Assembly (NCBI RefSeq): GCF_000150275.1
Contig: NW_002060956.1
Coordinates: 1,362,280 to 1,426,279 of the forward strand
Direction: 5' to 3'
From: Trichoplax adhaerens
Lineage: Eukaryota > Animalia > Placozoa
Length of the DNA stretch: 64,000 nt
Shown: in pieces, positions 12,251 through 25,500 of the stretch
Numbering within the stretch: the first letter of the stretch is position 1
How the letters are laid out: each line of letters begins with the position of its first letter
Made by a program: the position numbers and the translations under genes
The notes under the pieces: generated by a model
Databases searched by the model: none
The model's input: the letters and a program-made list of their open reading frames with translations, nothing else
Told to the model about the DNA's origin: nothing

Positions 12251-15200
12251 TGTGTTTTAATTTTTGGATAGGGAGAAAAAGTATGATGATTAGCATATCA
12301 TGGCAACAATAATTGCAAGAAAATATAAGCTTTCTAACTCTAAATTAGCCACTCTCTTGATACTAACCTTTTACTGGTCGTATATTATACGGCGGTTTCT
12401 CTACCTACCTACTAAATTACAAGGTTTCTAAGCAAGAGCATAAATTCAAATCTCAGCATCGCTAATTAATCATGATAATAAATAATAGCTACAGTTATCA
12501 TTTGTTCTTTGTCCAGAATCTACATTACACAGCTTTCAGTAGTCACATGCGTACCTGTCATATCAGGAAACTTATTGCAGCAGCTAGACAGAGGATATCT
12601 CCTGTAGGAATCGAATCGAATCGAATTGAGTAAAATATCAATATTTTAAGATTAACTAAATAATTAAGTCATTAATTAATTAATTAATTGGCTATTACTG
12701 TAGTTTCTATCAAAGACTGAGTTGATGATTTACTACCAAAGGCAAGGTGATTTGCTTGCAACTTCCTCAATTGACTTGCAACAAGTCTAAATAGAACCTA
12801 ATATAGCTATGATCGTTCCTACAGTATCCAAGCCCAAAGAAAGGATTATAATGTAAGCGCAGGCTTTCGTCAACTGAAATCGATAAATTACTATGGTACA
12901 ATATGCAAGGATTCGATCAGAAATTAGACTTTAAAGTTGATGTAAGATTATGTCATTCGATAGTCAAATAATTACATCCGTAAGAGCGAGATTGAATAGA
13001 GAGATTTACATTACACATATATCAATCAAGATTATATCTGAGATAATTGCATGATATGTCATCTGTGTTATAATTAATGATCTATTGCACTAATTTAACC
13101 AAAACGTTCGAGAATTGGTTAAATATTCCGATATTAAGCTCAAGTCATGGAAGATAACCTCCTTATGGTAACGTAGATTTTAATTGATTTCTTTCTAGAG
13201 CACACTTAGATTTACTTCATGATAAAAGGCTAGAAATGGAATTATAATTAATGTAAAATTTCAATTGCTTCTGAGTACAGATAAAAGTATTAGACCATAA
13301 TTAGGTAAAATAGTACACGATATTTCAGGGTTAGTCTTACTTGCTTAAAATAGTTGGCAAGATAAATGTTCATTGTAACGGCTCTAGTAATAATTGCGAA
13401 CTATTGAAGGTAGCATTTACAATTCAATCCATTCGTGCCAATGCCAATGTTTGTAATTTAAGCGATTGTTTTAAATAGAAAATGGTAAAAATACTACATA
13501 CTGTACAGGATCGTTGATCAAAATTTACAAGAAGTTAGCGAATTCGTCGAGAAATGACATAAGGACAGCAAACTATCCGGTTTTATCAAAGTAATAATAT
13601 AAAATCTTACGTATTGTCAGTGCAAAGAAATTCCAATCTATTACATATTTATTATACGCAGATAATGATTTAATTTTTAACATTAAATGACATCGTACAT
13701 TAACTGGAAATAAATAGGGGATATTGAATAACATAGAGTTAACTTTAAAGGATAACCTTCCATCACATGTTTTGATGATTTAATAACTTAATACTTTATG
13801 ATAAATAAGGTAATTAGTCTAACTAACATTCTTCCATTCAATCAAAATCTAGTCTATCTGCATCAAATTTCACGCACATATACTGATACAATGGCTATTT
13901 AAAGTTAGTTGCCACACTTTGCTAACTTACTGCAAGGATTCAGCTTCCTATTAAGCATGAAAGAAATGATCAGCTTCCAAACTGATAATAAAATTTATTA
14001 GTAGCCATTGTAATATAATAAGGCATTAGTTTGATCACCGTCTCAACCTTTAGCATCAATGAATGGAGACGTCCTAGAGTGTCTACGTATATGAAGTTTT
14101 TTATACCTGATTTGTGTAGCTAATTGATATTTAAATAAACCTAAAGCCTCTTTGAATCAGCAGGTAGTATATTGATTACAAAAACTCTGCTCTCGTGGTA
14201 TTATTCCTCTTGAAATTAGTAATTTGAGTAGTAACAGCATGATCACCTTTATCAAAATAGACAAAATACAGATACAGATTTACCCTCTACTGTCAGATAT
14301 GTTGATCTCTATGTATTGTCTTGAATTTATTTATGTCGTCTAATCCTATAGAATATTCTTTACGGCTAATAAAACTTATATAATCACTGAAGTAATCGAT
14401 TAAATAATATAATTGCAATGACTAGGTTGTTGCATGGGCGGCTTCCTAATTGATGACGAAAGACATATTTTAGACCATCATATTGTAATTAGCTTGACAT
14501 CTTTTCCTGGTACTAAAACCAGTTGATTACAATTAGCTAGTATACTTGATACGATATTGTCAACTTGTCCCAAATAACTCAAAATCGTATTAAATCATGG
14601 TTATCTTGTTGGTTTAAAGCAGGTACAATCAATTTGCCTTAAAATTATTCGTCCTATCCAACAATTTGCAATTTAAAGTTCATTCTATCTCAAGATTACT
14701 ACTTCTACTGCTGTTTTCCGATCATATAATTGTGCGTACACATACATGCACGTACGCATAATTTGTGGAGACTAATTTTTACGTTATTGGCCTCTCTAAT
14801 TGTTGAATGTTCCCAAATTGGCTTCTCACCGTTCTTCTTGGAAGCGCTATAGTTATATTGATTCAATACTTTAACATCATAATCCTTCAATCGTGTTTCT
14901 CTATCACCTTTTTCAAACTAGTAAAATTTGAATTACACTTCGATGATTTCTATCCATCAGAAAATTATCTCACTCAATCAAGATTGAGCCACAATTATCA
15001 TATAATCACCTTGGCCCCTAATCATCGGATACACGGTATGAACAGATTCAACTTCATAATTTACTTGAATAAATGTTTATATAGTGCAAAGTTGTTATAA
15101 TGCTTTCGTTTCAATACCGTATGTACTGTATAAACTATGTCAATACACTAACTAAGTCAATCTTACCTGAAAAAACACTAGCATGGACGTCCAATTTAAG

Positions 15201-16521
15201 CGATTTTTCATCAGACTTCTCCTCAGATATTATTTTAGCAAGTTACTCTGACATTATATTGCAAAGTGTAAATAACTAATTAGCTATTAACTTGTATTAA
15301 AACAAACTATCAGAATAATACACTACAATATATTAAAACATACATTGACGTTGATATTTGAAGATACAATTATTTCAAACATGTTATAATGAAATCATAG
15401 AGTTGTAAAGATTTAGGAAAGAGTCTAATGCAAGGGCTACACGAAAGCATTACTTCAAAACATAGTTGAATCATGTTTCTGCTTCGGTTTCTACTGACGC
15501 GAGCTACCTTAAGATCTAATCTAGCTGCTATGCTAGAATATACGATCAACAAGTAATATTTTATTAAGTATTTTATATTTATAATAAGCAGAATTGTCGT
15601 ATTAAGATAGATATGAGCAAGGACTAAATTACCCTGGGAGTTTTTTAGAAGGGAGGAAATGAAACTACGAGTATCTAGTCCAAGCGTGTCTCTTTTTCGA
15701 TCAGCGTCTGATCCAATATAGATTAATTCTATAGATTGCGAGAATTAACTATTTACGTCTATTCTAATCTCTCTACTAACGTAAAACCAGTTTGCAAGCT
15801 AGCTGCTTTCCCATTAAGGATAATTACTGCAGAATTTTCTATCTACTAAATTTTATCAAATTCATTGATATCACAGTTTTACTAATCATAGAAACATAAC
15901 GACCTTCCATTATATCATTTACACTACCCTTTTACCAAACGCATTTTAACTTTTCAATCTGGTTAAAAGTAATGTAGCCACTGTCCGTACTCTTGCGATC
16001 CGAAAATGAACAGCAATAAAAAATTTTTAATTTTACGAATACGATCTATGTTAACACTTGTTTATATTTGCGCTGCATTTAGATCTACTAAATATAAATA
16101 TCGCTTGAAATTAATTACATTTTAGCGATATCCTCGCAATAACAGTAAAGAACGAACTCGATACGGTGTATAAATTTTATACGCACACAATAACTCTTTT
16201 ACTCTAACGTGCGTTAATGACCTCAAAAAATAAACATTACTGTAATCATGGCAGAAGAACAGATATAGTGCTGGTAATTAATTATGAATGATATTAGATT
16301 CAGAAATGCGTAACAGAGAGTTTTCACATCATGCCTTGTTTTAGTATTATGTTTCATTATGATAACTTTCCATGCTTTATGCCGAATACTATATATCCTC
16401 ACTATTTTACTATACCGTCTGTTCTAAGTAGTCAATGATACTGATTTATTTTTCTCTTACCACTAGGATCTCTACTTCTATCTTCTTATTTTGGCTCTAA
16501 TTAGTTAATCAAAGCTATATA

Positions 16522-19500
16522 ATGCATCTACTTTGGAATTTACTAGTTCTATTCTTACTAACTGTGACGCCTCTCCATCTTGATGCTACTGAACCTTCTG
16601 TTCCTAATACCGGTACGTTATATCAACTTCTTCTGTATATATTACATTTTCTGAATATCAGACTAAAAATCGATCTATAATGAGCGTAACCATCATTAGC
16701 TTAGAAAATATAAACTTATAAATTATACAAAATAGGGTCTATTTCAAGTATCTCCACAGATTCCAATCGACAATACAACATTACCAATATTGGTCGAGAT
16801 TTTTACCTTGGATATTTGGAATCAATAAGCAGCAATTCTAAACCTATGCTGACTATTTCCGCTCTACACGAAACCGCTGAAGTGATACTGACCAATTATA
16901 GGGAAAATTCCAAAACTACTTTCCAAGTCAAGTCCAACAATACCATTGAGCTCGTTCTTAGCAAGAATATTGAAAATACAGTTAAGGGTTTAACTAATAA
17001 AACCATTCGTATTCAGTCAGATCGTGATATTGTCGTTACCGGAGTAAATTCGATGCCAGTATCAGCTGATAACTACCTTGCTTTACCTGTGGAAAGCTAT
17101 GGCAATGAATACATTGTAGTTACTTATACTCCAAGGAGGTTGGCAGAATTTCTTATTATAGCTCAAAATAACCAATCCGTAGTCAACATCAGCTTTCCAA
17201 GCAATATTGAATACCAAGGACAACATTACTCAAGATCAAAGTTACTAATTATTAATTTACAACAGTCGGAAGGATTTTATTTCTCTTCATCGACCGATTT
17301 GACTGGTACAATTATTACGTCCTCTTCCGGCATTGCACTTTTTAGTGGTAATGAGTGTGCTTTTGTAACGACTGGTTTAAAATATTGTGATCACCTTGTC
17401 GAACAAATTCCACCAATTCAATATCTTGGTTATAATTATGTCCTGAATACATTTATTAATCGCAAAGCAGGCGATCGGTTTCGAGTTATTGCACCATATG
17501 ATAATACGGATGTTTTTATACAATACAATACACTCTACTATCCTCTATCTAGAGGTTCCTTTGTCGAATTTGAAGTACCTAGTGGTAATGCCACACTTTT
17601 AACTTGTAGTCAGCCTTGCTTAGTCGTACAGTTTAATAAAGGATACGATGCAGATAAAGTTAGTACCGATCCATTTATGGTTATCGTTCCGGATGTTGGA
17701 CAATCTCTATCACAGTATCGCTTTTACTCAACACTTCATAGCCAAGTCAGTATTCGTCACCATTATATAAATCTTGTAATCGAAACAGAGCATCGCCATG
17801 GACTATTATTAGATGGAAAATTGCTCTCTAAAATCAACTGGAAGAACGTCTCCATCTACTCTGTTAGTAGTATTAACATCAGCGCAGGATCTCATTATTT
17901 GAATCACTCCCTATCTGGTGTTGATTATTTATTAACTATTTATGGCTATAATTTATATGGTAGCTATGGCATTCCAGCTGGGATAAGGTTAAGCCCCCTA
18001 CCAGATGGTAAGTTTCCGATTGAGATCAATCCAGACGTACAATAATGTGTTTAATTTTAGATATTTTAGGCCATTTTCAAACTGTATCATCGCCTATAAC
18101 AGTACATACTTTTAATCAAAAAATTTAGATCAATATTTATAATGCATAGGTAAGATTTTAGCATGTCCTAACGATTATAATACAAAGAATAACGAGGACC
18201 TATAGTACTTAAACTCCTTACTTCTACAAAAATCGGCTATGGCTATATAGTGATTTCCGATTGAGACCAATGCAATAGTAAATAAATGTGTTTAGGTTTA
18301 GATATTTAGGTTATTATCAAATTGTGTCATCGCCTATAATGGCACATACTTTTAATTAAAACTTTAGATCCATATTTATAGTGTATAGGCAAGGTACTAG
18401 CATGTTTTAACTATTATAACATGAGAATAATCGAAATCTATCATGCTTAAACTCCCTACTACTACAGAAATCGATTATGGTTATGTAGTGAAATATAATT
18501 AATTGAATTAACTATGATAGATTTCTGATTGGGATCGAGAGACAGTAAAATTTATTTTTTTAATTTCAGATATTGTTAAGCTATTTTAAGCTGCGTCATT
18601 GCGTATAGTAATACATATATTTAATTAAGAGCTTTATTTTTAATGTATATGAACATATATACAGGGCACTTGCATGTTGTAACTGCTATAATATAAGAAT
18701 AATCAGAATCTATAGTGCTTAATTTTTTACCGATATAAAAATCAATTATAGCTGCGGTAATGTAATACAATTAATTATTTATTTGACTATAATACCGTCA
18801 AGTTGCATAGCGTATCACTATAATTAATATAATAAATGCTTAGTTGCCTTATGTAATGTGCGATTACTTTGATATTCTCCTTACATACTTTGATATTTTG
18901 TCACAAATTCTTATTTTGACGACAACTAGGCTTGAAAATAGTATTAAATCCATCATCCCGTGAAGTCGTCCTTGGCCAAAATATTACTTTAAGCTGTATC
19001 GCTTTTGGTTATCCTGCTCCTGTTACGGTATCTTGGTTCAAAAACGATCTTGCTATCACCACCGATTTAAGTCGACAAGCCAATAGTAGTGGCGGCTACG
19101 GTCGACTATTTATTACTAATACTTCTCTTCAAGATGCTGGCTATTATTCTTGCCGATTTTCCAACTCTTTTGGCGTTAAATATAGCCAAGCTGCTAAGAT
19201 AGCTTTCACTCGTAAGAGCTGATTAAATATTATAAATCTTATCAATTATTTGCTTAAAGTTGTGCCATAGAGTTCTATAGCGCAAAATATAAGAACATGC
19301 TTTTGATTTCCTTTTATTTAGAATCGGTTTTTGTGCAAAGTCCAATAAGTCAATATGTTTCAAAAGGCCAAACAGTCCTATTACAGTGCAAAATTATAAG
19401 TTCCGAATCCACCCCTGAAATAAGTTGGTACAAAAATGATCAAGAAATTCTTCGTGTCTTAAATGATTCTGGTTTGGCAGTGTTGAAATTAGTCAACGTT

Positions 19501-22500
19501 TCCATGTCTGATGCTGGTAGATATGTATGTCGTAGCCAGAATAAATTTGGAAATGCTACAAGTGGCATCGCTGTTATTGTGGTTTATTGTAAGTCAGCCT
19601 ATGATTTCGACATTTGCAAGTGATTTTTTAATAGCAACTAATATCAGCTTTAATCTAATAGTAAATTTATTTTAGTAAATTAAACAGTTCAGGATAGATA
19701 TACGTGAATAATCCATAGTGAGCTTAACACATTATTAATCTAGTCACAATAAATCCAATGAAAAATGGACGCTTAAACTCTTTTCCATAGGCTTTTGACT
19801 AGTTTAAAATATATTCTACACTAATTTCTTAATTTGAAATGTTTTTGAATTTTGGGGTTTACTGTAGATCCTCCACTTGTTACAGAACAGCCGCAAAATA
19901 CTACTATCATAGAAGGTCAAACAAACCAATTAACGTGCACTTTTACTGCCTATCCAGTCTCTTCTATTAGTTGGGTAAAGAATATTAACGGTATAATGCA
20001 GCCTATCTTTACAGTTCCACTCATTCCAGACACAATCAATCGTGTAGTCGATACGAAAAGAGCCATCAGCCAGGATGTGGTTGATAGTAGCACTCAAGTA
20101 GTAAATCCTTCAATTAATATCTCAACGAGGAACATACGAATTAATAATACATATTCCAAGAGCATACTCAATATTGTTAATGCAACAAGAAAAGATGAAG
20201 GGCTATACCAATGCCTAGCAGCTAATGTCGCCGGAAATGGAAGAAGCTTGTGGGCTAGCGTAACAATCCAAGGTAAGCGTATAAATCAGCTATTTCTGTC
20301 CTTTACCACTCTTTTAAAAGAATTTAATAAGCGTACATATCATGATGAACTGACATTATTTCACATCCTATGTCATTGATTAATTATAGTCAATCTAGCT
20401 CGAGTTTCAAAGTATATTTATAGAAATACTCTTAAGTATTTAATTTGCATGAAATGGCAAATGTAGTTGTAAAACTAATTCTTACAAATTAACTTTATAA
20501 ATTCAATATTGACTCAACCTTATATTGCATCGAAGCGTTCTAACAAAAAATATGTCTTTGTTTATAACGATGAATTTTTTAATTTCAGCTATGCCATACA
20601 TTACTGAATCTCCTAAAAGCCAGAATATAACAGAAGGAGCTGATATTGTTCTATCATGTAATGGTAGCGGTATACCAAATCCCAATGTAGTCTGGCTGAA
20701 AGATAGCATGAACCTTAGCATGGGGTTACTCCGAACTTCATTTTTGAACGAAAAGAGGATACTGATAATAAGAAACTCTACCTTTCAAGATAGGGGTTTC
20801 TATCAGTGCTCATTTGAAAATAGCGTTGGACGTATCGTATCAGAAAATGCCTCCATTAACATTTACAGTAAGCTTTATGTTTAATTGTGCCTTTTACTCG
20901 AAGATCAATAAATCATCTGTCTACATAAAAGGCGCAGCAGTATAAAAATAAAATTCTTTATATCCATAAAATGTAGCCACACCTCGATGGATCAGTTTTC
21001 CAAGTGATCAAATTTTTTTTCTTGGAGACAATGTTACGTTATCCTGTGATGGCACTGGTTACCCATTTCCCAGCGTAACATGGTTCAGAAATGGAATAGA
21101 AATAAATAACACAGCTAGAGTTAAACTAGCTAACCAGCAGAGAATGTTAATCATTAGCAATTTTTCCATACATGATGCAAGTTCTTATCAATGCCAACTT
21201 AAAAATAGTGCTGGGCGAATCAGAAGTCCTGTAGCTACTATTCTTAATTATAGTAAGTTCGCCTTAAGGTAGTAATGACTTAAGATTTATTTTGTAATTA
21301 AATCCCTATGGTTATTCTGTTAGATATTCCAAGTCTCATAGACTATCCAACGAGCGAAAATGTAACGCAAATGCGTGATATTATTCTATCATGCAATGGT
21401 ACTGGTTATCCATATCCTAAGATATTATGGCTTAAAGATGGCGTAATGCTGAATAACTCACTGTCTCGCTATTCGATTCTAAATCAAGGGAAGACATTAT
21501 TAATTAAGAATTCTACAATATACGATAGAGGATCTTATCAATGTCAGCTTGTTAATATTGTTGGAGATATCACAAGTCCTGCAGCTATAATAGATATCTA
21601 CAGTAAGATATAATTTAATGCGATCAGTGAATGAGTTATAAAAATTTCATATCTGCTAATAGGATAATACGTAAACGTTTCTTTTATTATCATATTTTCA
21701 GCTATGCCTGTTTTCATCACTTACCCGTATAGTTATAACATTAATCAAGGAAATAATGTTACATTATCATGCAATGGTACTGGCAATCCAGATCCTAACA
21801 TATTATGGTTCAAAGATGGCATATTGCTGAACAACTCATTGTCTCGTTATTCGGTTTTAAACCGAGGGAAGACATTATTAATTAAGAATTCTACAATATA
21901 CGATAGAGGACCTTATCAATGTCACCTTGTTAACATCGCTGGGAGTATCGCAAGTCCTGTAGCTTTAATAGATATTTACAGTAAGATAAAATTTAAAATA
22001 TAATCTGTGAATGAGTTATATAAATTTTATATCAATCTAATAATGGAAATATTTTTATTTATCATATTTTCAGCTATGCCTGTTTTCAACACTTTCCCAC
22101 ATAGTCATAATGTTAATCTAGGAAATGATATCCTATTATCATGTAATGGCTCTGGTAATCCGCTTCCTCGAATAGAATGGCTAAAAGACGGAGCAGTGCT
22201 TGCTAATTTAAGCTCTAGGTATCAGCTAGGAAATGACCAAAGGGTGCTAATAATTAGAAATTCCTCCATACATGATAGAGGTTCATACCAGTGTTTATTA
22301 AGCAATGCTTTAGGGGAAATGAGGAGTCCTGTGGCCTTTGTGGATATTTATAGTGCGTACTTAAGCTCATTAATCGCCTCTATTTATGATTAATATTATA
22401 AATAAAAACAGTAAATAAAGAACCATTTTGTATTTTTTATAGCTTTACCTCAACTTATTGAATCTCCGATTAGTCAAAATCTCACTCAAAGAAATGATAT

Positions 22501-25500
22501 GATTTTGCACTGTAACGGCACCGGGAATCCACTCCCAAATATTACGTGGATAAAGGATGGAATGCCTTTAAAGAATTGGACTTTTCAGTATTCTTTAATA
22601 AATAAACAGCAAACGCTCATTATTCGAAATTTTACTTGGAATAACAGAGGTTCTTACCAATGTTTACTTAAAAATCTCGTTGGACAAATTGCAAGCCCGA
22701 TTGCTATCGTAGATTTTTATGGTAAGTTATCTGGTAATTTATCCAAGCTAACCGTTTTAATGAAGTTGTCTAATTTGAAAGAACCTTTCTAATACAGTTA
22801 GTTACAGGAATGCGTAAGGGTATGCTATGCTACTCATCTACATGTATGCTACAATTTTCGATTAATGTCGTCAGCTTATTGCTAACTATCTAATCGTACG
22901 ATTTTACTTACTACTAAGCATAAAATCCATCAATGTGTTAATGACTATAGATTATTATTGCTTGCTTGTAGCTAATGAATGAATTTTGTTTTTACCGAAT
23001 GCTAACTATGTATACTATACGCTTCCAGCTATACCTACATTTGTTAACTACACAAAATCGCTATCCATTCCAATCGGAGAAGCAATCACATTACAATGCA
23101 CTGGAGCTGGTTCACCTTCCCCTAAAATTGTTTGGCTACAAAATGATATTCAAATATCAACTAATCAGTCTTTTATGACTTTGCTATCTAATTTGAATGG
23201 ATACTTTGTAGTATCTAGTACCTTCAGTATTGAATTATCAACAGCACAAGATTCCGGTGTCTACAGATGTACGATTATGAATTCATTTGGGTTTTCTACT
23301 TCTACAGGAATATCTATTACTATATTAGGTAAATAATTGATAACCTGAAACACTGTAAAATTTTAATTATATTTACAATATAGTAGGTAATTATCACTGT
23401 TAAATATATGTTCTGTGCTGTGATAAGCTGCGTTACCAATAGTTATCATACATGTTCTTACTTTGAAGGATTGCCTCGAAAAGGATAGGTGTTGCAAATA
23501 GCATCTTCTAAAGTCATTAATGTGATATTTCTATTTTAGAACCCCCTTCACCTGTTGGCAATATATCCATAACAAATATAACCGCAAGAAGTTTCCAAAT
23601 TTCATGGCTGCGGCCTAATTTCGAAGGCCATACGCCAATTACCAATTATACTGTTGAAATTCTAAACCAGTTTAATAAGTCAATTCCTATAGCTCTCTTC
23701 TGTCCAACTAATTCAAGTTTTAACGATTGCATAATTCTCTCTACATCTATATCTATTAATAATTTGACCCCATACGCGTTATATTATGTTAAAGTTATTG
23801 CAAATAATATTGTGGGTGCAAGTCGTTCTAATTTAGCACGGATCAAAACTGATCAAACTGGTAAGACGATTAAATGCGAGCTGTATAATAGTATGAAATT
23901 TTAAATATTATTAAAGAAATCGTAGAAAGAATCTAAAAGTTGAATTAGTATCACTTTAAGATTATCGATGATCTAATGATTAATTGAAATTTATTTCTAT
24001 TGCCAAAGCTCCCGGGGACTCTGTTTCTAATATCATTGGATTAGGATACAATTCAACAACTATTAAAATTGCTTGGAATCCACCAAGTCAATCTAACGGC
24101 ATTGTTGGATATCGATTGTATCAGTGGAATTCATATGACCTGGCTATGAATCAAACCAATATAACATCTGCTTTAGTCTATGCTGGAAATAACACAACGT
24201 ACTATGCAACTAAGCTAGCAAGAGATCAAGTCTATTATTATCAGATTATCTCTTACAACTTAAAATATCACATTGATGGTCCCAAAAGTCCAGTATTTAA
24301 TGGATCTACTCATGAAGACAGTGCGTATTTTGATTGTTATAATACCATTATCAGTTATAACTACTCTATATGTTGACCCGGCAATCGTTAGTATTTTGTA
24401 CTTGCTCTTTTCTATGTAAGAAGTTCGTTGTACTAATATGCCATATGCCAAATTGTAACTTTAGTCATGATTCAATTACTTATGGTAGTCATTAATTTGG
24501 CACTACAATTGTAGCGAACGATTTTTATACACAATTAGACAACATATCTGCTCTTCTTATTTAGTAAACTATATTCTTAATTGTATACCGAACTACTAAT
24601 ACGTTACTACTACATGTTAGTAAAATATTGAAGACTATAATTTTAACTGCCTTGTTAAGTTTCTCTAAAGGATAAATCTGTTGTGCCAATATACCAAATT
24701 ATATCTTTATTTCATATGGTTGCTGATTCCTTTAAATTGATTTAAGCTATTTCATTATTAAAATTATAGTACCATCCTCAGCTCCTATCCATATCTTTGC
24801 TATATCGTCATCGCCAACAACCCTTACTCTACAGTGGGAGCCACCACCTGTAAAGAATCGAAATGGAGTTATTTTAACCTATAGAATTATATATCGATCA
24901 TCCTTATTAAATACAACAGTATCTGTACAAGTGGATGGCTCTATATTATCAACATTATTGAGGAATTTGCGCCCATACACTGCCTATAACATCACTCTTG
25001 CAGCAGCCACGATAGTTGGTTATGGACCGGAAAGTCCTATAGTATCCGAATCCACGATGCAAGCAGGTAAAGTTGAATTTCTCCGTAGATAATCTTATGC
25101 TGTCTAATTTAACTGATGATAGAAAGAATATTATAGCTTCAATTGAGTAGCTACGTAAAGTATATAGTGCTTACTTTCTCCATAAACTAATAACCTATAG
25201 TAGCTATCGAAAGATAAACCATTTTCTGGTGTAATTGCTCTGATTCTAATTTATGGTAATAAAAAATGACATGAATCTCATTACAGTTATATTTACATAA
25301 TCGAGAAATTTAAACATTAATTTTTGGAGGTTTTTTCTTCTAATTGCTAGCTCCTATGCAAAGTCCAAGCATATTCAATATTTCCTTGATTAATAATAAT
25401 ACACTTAAAGTAGAGTGGCTGGTAAGTGATTGAGTTGACTTTTACTACTATTACGAACTATATCTAATGATATTATTCAAAAGTTATCAAGCTACTACAA

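Noticed and set aside
12300-16400. Short ORFs in the intergenic region (e.g. 14705-15100, 15370-15552)
   Set aside because: AT-rich chance ORFs with no domain similarity and no coherent exon chain.
5089-16612. Functional link between EXTL3 (heparan sulfate synthesis) and the neighbouring LAR-like receptor
   Set aside because: The start codons are ~9 kb apart, adjacency in animal genomes is weak evidence, and I see no obvious basic heparan-sulfate-binding loop in Ig1.
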